NCBI RefSeq assembly: GCF_001194135.2
Contig: NC_068983.1
Coordinates: 111,665,988 to 111,713,060, forward strand
DNA length: 47,073 bases
Direction of reading: 5' to 3'
Origin: Octopus bimaculoides
Taxonomy: Eukaryota
Part shown: piece after piece, positions 36,648-47,073 of the stretch
Position numbering within the stretch: position 1 is the stretch's first letter
How the letters are laid out: each line of letters begins with the position of its first letter
Position numbers and translations under genes: made by a program
The notes under the pieces: generated by a model
What the model was told of the DNA's origin: nothing
Seen by the model: only the letters and a program-made list of their open reading frames with translations
Databases searched by the model: none

Positions 36648-36900
36648 GTATGAAAGAGAAAGGTTGGAAAGAAAGAAAGAAAGAAAGAAAGAAAGAAAAG
36701 GTGGGAGAGAGAGAGAGAGAGAGAGGGACAATAGGAGGGAGATTAGAATATCATTGGTGAATCTTCCTCGTAACATCTGAAACAGATTGGTATGTGGTGG
36801 GGGACAGAGGATAGGGGGGAAAAAAATTGGGAATAAAAATGGTAATTTACTTATATACTGAAAAATTCCAAGTCACATTCTTTTATAGAATATGTGTGCT

Positions 36901-36933
<33 letters not shown>

Positions 36934-37089
36934 TTAGATATATATGTGGCCACAACCTTAGGGCTGAAACATAAAAGAATTAAAGAATATATATATATAG
37001 ATGCACTATATATAAATACACGCACACACACACAAGCATACAGGCAAACACACACAGACACACAAACACACACACAAACACACACACAA

Positions 37090-37120
<31 letters not shown>

Positions 37121-37934
37121 CACATAAATTGTGTGTAGTAGGCAAGAGAAAAAAAGATCCCAATCCATAGTATGGAGATTAATTATATTTATATGGCTAG
37201 AGTCCTGCTATGTTACTTAGCTTTTGTTTGCAAGCCCTTTCAGACAGTAGCATCAAATATATCATGAAATGTTCTTTTTGTCCAAGATGTCGACTGGGGA
37301 GAGGTCTTCCTATTTTATTTACTATAGCAAACCACCTCCTCCACTCCAACCATACTCATATTTACCATCAAGCATACCTCCGCCCTCATTCATCACTCAG
37401 TATATTCATCTCTTCTCCCATCTCTAGCCATCTGTCACTCTCTTATTAGATTACCCATCCACTCCATCCCTTGATCCATGATCTGTATTCTTTCTCTGAT
37501 AATCATCTTCTTGTACCTGTGAGTATAAGAGAGAGAGAGAAAGTAGACTGTGGATCAGCGGGGAAAGAGAGGGAATGGGTAATTTCTTAACAGTGTGAAA
37601 GGAGAGTAAGTGTTGGTTAGAGATGGGAGAAGAAATGAATATACTGAGTGATGAATAAAGGGCAGAGGTATGCTTGATGGTAAATATCAGTATGGTTGGG
37701 GGGATGGGGTATGTGAGAGAAAAAATGGCTCAGGAAGTGGGAGGTGACAAGTAGTAACATAGAAATGAGTGGGGTCAGCAGATAGTTCAGAAAGTTGTGA
37801 AAGTAGTGAAATATGTGCCAGTTCAGTTGTCAAGTGATTACAGCAGCTGAGTAATGCCATAATTAGAAGAGTGATGAGGGATGAGTATTAGAAAGATAAG
37901 TTGTGATGAATGCTTTAAGGAAACAGACTGAGTG

Positions 37935-39873
37935 AAAGCATGTACAGGCATAAACATAATGCTTTTAGGACCTCTCATTCACCATGACAAATGGGTCTTC
38001 TCAAGCACAACTAATAAGCAATCATCTCAGACCTTTGTCATCTTCCACATGAGGCTCAACATCTTAAGATCGGCCTCAGCTACTTCATCCCATATCCTGG
38101 GTCGCCCCACCCCTCCTTCTCTCTTCCACAACTTCCATGCACTTTAAGCCTTTGGCACATCTTTACACACTTGCCCTCACCTATATGCATCATATGATTA
38201 AACCAGCACAGTCCCCTTTCTTACATACTACATTTGAGTCCTCTTATACCTAATTTTTCTCTCAACAGATAGTTCTTTGTTGTACATTCATTCTAACATT
38301 GCACATCCAATGGAGCATATTAGCTTTGGGCTCTCAACCCCCTGGCGTGTGGCATTACACAAGCATCATACAATCTGCCCTTAACTCTGAGGGAGACAAG
38401 AGACTTTCTATTACCAACAGAAATATTAGTTGTTTGAATTTTCTCTGTTCAATTCTTTTTCAGGAAACTATAGTTTCAGAGCATCCCCCTACACAGCCAA
38501 TCAGATCAACTAGGTAACACAAACTATCAACTGTCTCTAGAGAGCCTCCTGGGCATTTGTGAAAATCAGTTCCTTGTGTGTTTTTAGTGTTTATTATTCC
38601 TGCACATTGACATACAAACACTACTTTGTAAACTTTCTAGTGAAATACAGCATCTCTTGAGCATTTGCTTCTTGCATTGGCTACACCATATGGAATTCTT
38701 GCCTACACCTTTCCAACATATCGGAAAGGGTCATTTACCTGATAGGAATAGACTCCTGTGTATTTTCTGCTTACTAGAAATTTGATCTTTGCTACATTAG
38801 GTTTAAGGGCCTTTCAGTCCAGATTTTATTTCCACTCTAATTTTACAACAGTTTCTACAATACGAACGAATTCATCAGCATATAATTCCCAAGAGTAGCC
38901 AGTTTTAAAGTCATCTTTTATGGTCAGGAGAATGATTAAAAGCAGAGGACTGAGGACTAAACTCTGGTGAATTTCTACCTGCACTCTAAATTCATTGCTG
39001 TACCCGAGGCTAACTCCTACCTGACAGCACACAAGTAGATGGTTTATATTGCTTTCATATGCCATTTATTTAGAGCAGGGAACTTTGTCCAAGGCTTTCT
39101 CCATGTTGATGAATGACAAGTTAAGTGACATACTTTAAGCTAAATACTTCTGCAGTTTTTGGACTAGGAAGACAACTTCTCTTTGATACAAAGCCCTACT
39201 GCATCTCATCATGTCTAATTCTGTTCAATTAATTAGCTTATTTTCCCTCCACAACTTCATGGCTTAGTCTAGAAATTTGATATCTCTCTAATTACTTCAG
39301 TCTAAAGCATCTCCTTTACTCGTGTAATAGTTGACTGTAATGTTGCTTCACTAGTCACAGGCTATGACACTTTTCTAGGTATTTTGAGCATCTCAGCAGT
39401 GAATACTAATAGAGCAAGGGGTTTGCTGCCTTCATGTCTTTAACTGCTTTATCTGTCGTATTGCTGTCAACTAAGATAGCTGATCCACTGTTGGGAAGGT
39501 ACTGTTTTCCCTCAAACATCTCCACATTTAATAACCTTTCATAGTAGCACTTCTATGCCTTTTATGTTTCAGAACAACAAAAAAACAAGTGTACTGTTAT
39601 CTACCCAAAAAAACGCTTTTCATGCACAACATCTTGATTCTCTTTGATATGCTGTCTTGCAATTCTGAACACCTCATGCTGTAAAACATTGGTAAATCTC
39701 CTACTTTCTTGTCTCTTTGCTATGTAAACCTGTCAACTAACTTTTCTTCTAGCTACCTGCGGTAATTCTCTGATGCCACTATTTTCCCAGACCTTCCAAG
39801 TGTATTTTGTCACATTCAAACACATGTGCATGTATGTCTTTGCATGTGATTGTGTGTGTGTGTGTTTGTGTGT

Positions 39874-39917
<44 letters not shown>

Positions 39918-41000
39918 GTGTGTGTGTGCGTATGTGTGTGTGTGTGTGCATGCCTGCATGTATGCATGTGTAAAATCAAGCACAATAGCATATCAAGCAT
40001 TTTAACACCTTGTCTTCTTTCCAATTAACTCAAACCTCTGCTAAGTTTAGCTTGAAATCTGTTTATTCAAATGTTTAGTTTCTATATCTGGAATTTCTCT
40101 AAATTTCAACAAATCCAGGTTTAAAAAATAAGTTATTAGGATACAGAAATTATCACAGCAGCTGGTCTTCCTGGTTATATCTAGCATATCCATTAATGTT
40201 CCCAATCATTATAAGAACATCATGGTTTTTTTGTGACTAAGTTGTCCTTTATGAGGGCTTCATAAGAGCAGCCCATGTCTTCTACTATTTTATTAATGGA
40301 ATGTATGCAGAGATAAATGTTATTGCTTTATTGTCTATGATTTGCCTAAGCTTAATTATTCTACCATATCCTCTGAATATCTCAATTATTTTATCTTTTT
40401 ATTTCTATTTCAACAATATTCCTGCTCTGCTCACTTCATTTTTGTTACCCTGCCTGTTATGTTTGGTGCTTTGCCTGTGAGTATTCTGGGCAAGACTATC
40501 TTCTCATGGGCACAGCACACTTCTTGCTTCCACTCCAGCACTCTACAACCTCATTTTTTATCTTTTAACTGTTTCAGTCATTAGACTGTGGCCATGCTGG
40601 GGCATCACCTTGAAGAATTTTTAGTCAGATGAATTGACTCCAGTACTTAGCTTTTGAGCCCCAGTACTTATTCTATCAGTTTCTTTTGCCAAATCGTTAA
40701 GTCACTTGGATGTAAACACACCAGCACCATTTTTCGAGCAGTGGTGGGCTCACAGACACAAAGATACTAACACACACTCACACATGCGCACATGCACATA
40801 TATGACAGGTTTCTTTCCATGTCCATTCACTAAATCCATCCACAAGGCCTTGATAGGAAACACTTGCCCAAAGTGCGTCACAGTAGGACTGAACGCAAAA
40901 ACCTTTGATTGGGAAGCAAACTTCTTACCACACAACTACAGACTACTTTTCATCATGCCACCTTTGATGGTAGTAACCCAAAAGTTCTGATCCTGACAAA
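37935..41000 (-). mobile_element. Near full-length decayed RTE LINE (APE endonuclease + RT) with nested SINE and microsatellite
   Basis: Minus strand: VTTIKG (~40960), FISAYIP...LIMIGNING (APE, 40150-40500), FINMEKALDKVP (~39080-39115), HQSLVLSPLLL...WELYADE (38870-38980) and GRPRIWDEVAEADL (~38065-38110). Confidence 0.85.
40553..40940 (-). mobile_element. Degenerate SINE family A inserted in the RTE endonuclease region
   Basis: tttcagtcattagactgtggccatgctgg...agtacttattctatc...cacttgcccaaagtg...ttcttaccacacaac. Confidence 0.8.
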
Positions 41001-41484
41001 AGGTGCTTCTAGTTGTATGTGGGAAGCTTGATATTATTTCTTACAACAAGAATAAGTGAGTTCCTGGTTATAGGTAGTCAGATTGATATTTATTTTCTGT
41101 ACTGCAGTAAAAATGGAAATTTATACTCTTGTGATATGAAATCATCTGGTATGCTCGGAGGCCACTAATCATTTATTTTCTCCAGCAATAGATATTTACT
41201 AACATGCATGTGTACACAACTGAACACAAACAATATAAATCTTTTCTCTCTTCATATGGTATGCCTACAGTCCTTGGCAATCTTATACCACCATGCCTAA
41301 GTTAAAAATTACTTGATTTTTCTTGAGAAAGATACAGCAGTTGTTTTCTCATTGTTTTCTGCCAGTTCATTTGCAGTTTACTCTGCTAGTCACTTACTCT
41401 CCTGGACTTACCCTTGAGACATCAGAATAAGTCTACTTCTACACATTGGCGGACTGGTTTGAGCATCTAGGACCAGCCCTCCTT

Positions 41485-41735
41485 CAAGTGGTTCTCAACC
41501 AATTTTTGCCTCTGTACCCTTTCGATTCTATTTTACTCTACTTGATCCTCATATCCAATCAGTATTTTAAAACATCCTATTATAGATCTATAAGATTATA
41601 GATCTTTAAGAAATATATAAAAAAATTGTTAAAATATCATGTCATGTAGAAGTATAACCAGTTTGTTGCACATAAACTTTAACAACAAAATCTTTTATAA
41701 ACCCCCAATGACCATGTGGACCCTGTTTCAGAAAG
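41485..41735. mobile_element. Probable non-autonomous hAT (Charlie-like) MITE
   Basis: The left end caagtggttctcaacc resembles the CAGTGGTTCTCAACC TIR. The right TIR is degenerate. Confidence 0.45.
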
Positions 41736-42034
41736 GATTATCTTACACTATTTAATCCATAATTGAGGTCCCTGAAAGATGCTACTACCCTCCTAGGTCA
41801 AAGCAAGTTTAGGAGTAGTGAGGATTAAAGTCTAACTCCATCTCCCCTAAACTCTTGAACTCCTGAACAGGAGCTTCACCCCTGAGTGCAGCTTAATATC
41901 TTGCCCAGGAAAAGCTTTACTCTTACTTTACTATACTTGTTCCTGTTCCTTCTACCCTTGTTTCCCATTCCTATTAATTTCCTCTCTATTCTCATTATAA
42001 TCTAACTAATAATGCCACCATGCTATCATACTGG

Positions 42035-42480
42035 TAATGACAACGATAATGATGATGATAGCGACATCAGAAAGAATGATGCCAATGACATTGGAGATTA
42101 TCATGATGATATTGGTGATGATAATGATGATGACGATGACGACAATAATGATGATGACGATGATGATGATGACGATGATGATGATAATAACGATGATGAA
42201 ACATAGATCATTGCAGGCAAATATTTAAACAGATGACAACAAAAGCAAAGAATAATGGCGGCAATGGTGGTGGTGCAGGTGGTGGTGGTGGTGGTGGTGA
42301 TGATGATGAGGATGATGGTGGTGGTGGTGGTGCAGGTGGATGTGGTGGTGCAGGTCGTGATGGTGAAGGTGATGGTGATGATGATGATTATGATGATGAT
42401 AATGATGATGATGGCAATGATGATAGTGACAGTGATGGTGATAATGGTGATGATGATGACTTCGATGACAAGGATGAAAC
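42035..42480. repeat. Compound (GAT/GAC)n and (GGT)n trinucleotide array
   Basis: Directly visible, in two blocks separated by about 50 bp of non-repeat sequence. Confidence 0.9.
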
Positions 42481-42789
42481 GTAATATTTCACAGCTACTG
42501 TTCCAAACACTCTATTTAAGTGTGTTGATCAAAGCTCTGTACAACCACACGAAATCTTAAGAGTATATTATGTCTGTTGTCATTGAACTACGTATTGAAC
42601 AATACTAGATTCACCTTATAATGATGTCGAAAGTTATGTAAAGAGGGGGTGGCGACTAGCCCGTAGTAAGATATTGATGATTTAACCTGACTCTCTTGTA
42701 TGCTGCTTATAAAACTGAGTTCAAATCATTCAAAGATTTGTTCTGTACCTATGTAATTTTTATATTATAACCAGTAAAGGTACATAGAT

Positions 42790-42975
42790 TAGTGGACTCA
42801 TGGCAGTAAGCTTGAGTGTTCAATTCCTTGGGCATCTTGTCCTTAAACAAAGCACTTCATTGCATAATACTTAAGTCTGCTCAGGTAGAAAATGACTGCT
42901 GGCCAAGTGCTGGTACATCCGACGCTTCCTTCCAACAGTCACATCATGGATGGACATCTGGCTTAAGGGTGAGAG
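42790..42975 (+). mobile_element. Old SINE fragment
   Basis: tcaattcc...ttgtccttaaacaaagcacttca core and gatggacatctgg, which also appears in reverse orientation at about 26270-26295. Confidence 0.45.
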
Positions 42976-43404
42976 AGCCATAGTCATGTCTATATCTGTT
43001 TGCAATTACATGGGTATCTCAAATAATTAGTGAAAGCATAGTACATATTACCAAGTTATACATGTATATTATGTCCCTGAACCTTGAGAGCATGCCCTGG
43101 TAATTGCCACCATTTATCTTTCTCTTCCTTACTCTGCTATCCCATCAATGCTCTGAACCCCATTCCTTGTGAGTATACCCTGGCACTTCACCATCATCTC
43201 TCCCCTGCTCTCTCTTGCACTCTCTTGCTCCCACTCTCTTGCTCTCTCTCTCTCTCTCTCTCATTTTCTCTCTCTCTTGTTCCTTTGCTGTTCCCTCTAG
43301 CTGGGTAACAATCTATCTCCTCTACAGCAGTACACCTGCTTCTGCCTTCTTTTCTTCTAACCACTATCCCCCTCCTCCCTCTTTCTCTTTCTCTGTCTGT
43401 CTGT

Positions 43405-43440
<36 letters not shown>

Positions 43441-43690
43441 GCCACGTAACCATGTACCTCCTTTATAGCAAGACATGAATTCATTTAGACAGATTTCCTA
43501 CCAACAGACGCCCTTCTTGATATCATCTCTCACTTGTTTCGCAAGGAAGGTAGCACTTCGTCATGGTCAGATATTATTAATGAAGATTAGTAATGGAGGA
43601 CACTTTTTGTATGGCAGTGGCAGTTGCTAACAACTAAGTGTCAAAACAAAGAGACCCAAATATCTCAACTCACATAGATGCATACACACT

Positions 43691-43723
<33 letters not shown>

Positions 43724-43936
43724 ACACAATATAGAATCTTAGTCAATCAAGTGTTGGTTGATTAATACACATGATTATTACATCAGAGAATTATATAATA
43801 CAAGGGTATCCAAAACATGTGTAAGCTTATTTAAAATATATAATTCTCCATTTTTTTAAATATATACTAGACTACCCATGACCCATTAGGTCACCAATAG
43901 TTCAAGGTATTCACAAAGACCAATAGTTGAAGGTGC

Positions 43937-44400
43937 CTCAGGAACCTGTGGTCCAATGCATGCGGAACTTGTTTTATTTCATTTCTATTCACATTTCTAT
44001 GGTACCTTACTATCAAAGCATTTTTCCTATTATGTGCCAGTTTGGCTATTTATAAAGGTACCCGATAAAAATGTGTATTTTGGGAACCCATGTTCCGATT
44101 TACATGAAACTTGTCTTATTCCATTTGTATTCCCATTTCAGGGGCACCTTACTTTCAGAGCATTTTCCCATTATGCACTGGTTTTGCTGTATTAAATTAC
44201 AGACAAGACACACACAAGCAAGCAAAACTGTCCAGGTGTTCATAGTAAAGGGCAAAAACTCCAGGTTTCACTGCTTAAATTTGTGGAAACCAGCCCCAAA
44301 AAGCATGTATCTCAGGAATCTGCGGTCCACTTTACCTGAAGTTTGTTTTATTCTGTTTGTATTCACATTTCAGGGGTGACTTACTTTCAGAGTATTTTCC
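43937..44400. repeat. Three diverged ~125-bp units (spacing 142 and 232 bp)
   Basis: Shared ttgttttatt..atttgtattc.cattt..ggg.accttact.tca.agcattttcc. The cttac anchors are at 44006, 44148 and 44380. Confidence 0.8.
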
Positions 44401-45629
44401 CATAAATAAAGTTCTTTTTTAATCTAAAATATTCTCTCTTTCATTTTCAGTGATGCTCTTCCATCTATCTGGTAGACTTGCAAGGCCCCTCTTCCAAAAT
44501 TCACTTGTCTGTGACGCAAAATATTCCTCCAGTACTCTTCTGATCTTGTCTATAGAATTTATGTTTTTTCCATCCAAATGATTTTGAAGACTGTGGAATA
44601 AATGATAATCAGATGGGGCAATGTCCAGCGAATATAGTGGTTGGGGCATCGTTTCCAATTCAAGCTACTCCAGCCTTTGTTTTGGAATGTCATCCTCGCT
44701 TTATGCGGCCAAGCATTATCCTGATGGAAGAACACCTTTTGTCTTGAAACCGAAGATGGTCGTTTTTCTTCTAGTGTGGACTTAAGCCATTCAAGCTGCT
44801 CGCACTAGGCCTCCTATATTATTGTTTGGTTTGGGTTTAAAAGTTCAACGTGGACTAAACCATTCATATCCCACCTAACAGATAACAACAAATTACGTAG
44901 GTGAATACCTTCCTTAGCCTGAGGTGCCAGTGTTTCTCCTTTCCCTACCCACTGTCTTTGGCACTTAACATTTTTATAGGGAACCTATTTCTCATCACCA
45001 GTCACTATTCAGTATAAAAAAGGTTCATTCTTGAGATGTGACAGCAAAGAAGAGCACACATTCTTCACTCTCTGAGATTAGACTTGGAAAGTTTGTGAGG
45101 AACCCATTGACTCAATTTGCTGACATTTCCAATGGCACACAGATATCGATAAATGGCTGAATGGCCAAATCCAGGCATCTCTGCTAGTTCCTCAACAGTT
45201 ATGATGGGATTTGTTCTACCATGGTTTGCAGGACATCCTCATCCAGCTCTACAGATCTTCCAGGATGTGACTCGTCTTCTAGGTTATCATTTCCAGCTCC
45301 GAATTTCTGGAACCCCCGTTGACACTGGCTTATGCTTATTGTCTGATCCCCATATACTGCATTAATATTCCTCGCACTTTTCATTGTGCTGTTGCCTTTA
45401 TTGAACTCATAAAGCAAAATATGCCAAATATGATACTTTGTCACTTCCATCATAGCTTTATAAAAATAACTTTTAAAATTTGCACTCTTCAAAACTTTCC
45501 CTAAGAATAAAAACAAGGTAAAATTACTACCTGCTTTTATAGAAAGTTGATACAGGTAGTTTATCCCATACCCCTCTGACTTTTAGTTCATGTAATTGAA
45601 AAAAACACATTATTTATGGGATGACCCAA
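44399..45629 (-). mobile_element. Near full-length decayed mariner element
   Basis: Minus strand: N-terminus HILLYEFNKG...GRSVELDEDVL and C-terminus YSLDIAPSDYHLFHSL...LPDRWKSI. The TIR attatttatgggatgacccaa+TA ends at 45629, and a partial partner cccataaata lies at 44399. Confidence 0.9.
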
Positions 45630-45644
45630 TATATAAAAAGATAA

Positions 45645-45735
<91 letters not shown>

Positions 45736-46010
45736 TTCTGGTGAAATAATATTAATTATAAGCTTAATTATAAGCATACAAAAAACCCACATTTTTTCAT
45801 CAAGGGCTTATATGCCCTAATAGACTACTTTCTTTAACCAACGCATGTTGATCACTCATGAGCTTTATGCTTACAATTACTATTATTATTTATATATATA
45901 AATATGTTTTTAATAAGTTTATACTATTTAGCAATCAAAATGCAATGACTAAAGAAAATAGTCTAATGATGGGGCTATTTTCTTTAGTCATTGCACGGTG
46001 ATCCCTTATA

Positions 46011-46490
<480 letters not shown>

Positions 46491-47073
46491 CTTTAAGCTT
46501 ATAAAAAAGATAATTCTATTAATATTACTTACAGAATTGTAAAAAGCTGCTTACCAAAAACTATTGCATATATATATATATATANNNNNNNNNNTATATA
46601 TATATGTATATACATGCACACATACACACACACATATTAGTGATCCGTATATATCCTTTGAATGTGCATGCTATTCAAAGCCTTCTAAACTGTGGTATTT
46701 ATCTTGAGAAAGTATCTCTTATAGACATAAGGTGCCAAAAACACTTTAAAATATCAGCAGCAGGCAAATACCACCTACCATTTACATTGAAATTGCTGAA
46801 TCTAGATTTTTGCTTATTAACTTTGTCAGCAACTAATATCCATCACCCCATGTCAAACAAACATTGGCTGGTAGTTGATGTAGCTAAATAGTGGTTGAAA
46901 GGTCATTGATGTTGCATTTAGCTTGTAGGCTGAACAAAATTTCCTTATTAATGATGAAAGCAGTATTGTTCAGTGTATACATATGTATGTACTATACATT
47001 TGCATACTACATATGTACACAATATACATAGATATATATACATATGTATGCATATATATATATATATATATAT

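Overview
Repeat-dominated, AT-rich animal genomic DNA with seven N-gaps. I infer an octopus (coleoid cephalopod) scaffold from recalled SINE families and the extreme microsatellite density. There is no recognisable intact host gene, and nearly all ORFs in the supplied track are microsatellite artefacts or transposon relics. The supported contents are: about 15 tRNA-derived SINE copies from three families; several RTE-type LINE fragments, one nearly full length; a decayed Penelope-like element (RT + GIY-YIG); a decayed Helitron Rep/Pif1-helicase segment; three mariner derivatives and a mariner-derived MITE pair; and weaker relics (REL-LINE, hAT, Tc1, L1/Tx1). The most interesting signal is a 354-bp-period tandem duplication at about 1493-2102. 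Each unit carries a minimal type I hammerhead ribozyme fold with a near-palindromic stem III, and each is disabled at a different core base, which resembles a retrozyme or Penelope pseudo-LTR. A chain of six small + strand exon candidates at 10130-16253 also splices into one open frame and may be an unannotated gene. All translations and alignments were done by eye, and no database searches were run.
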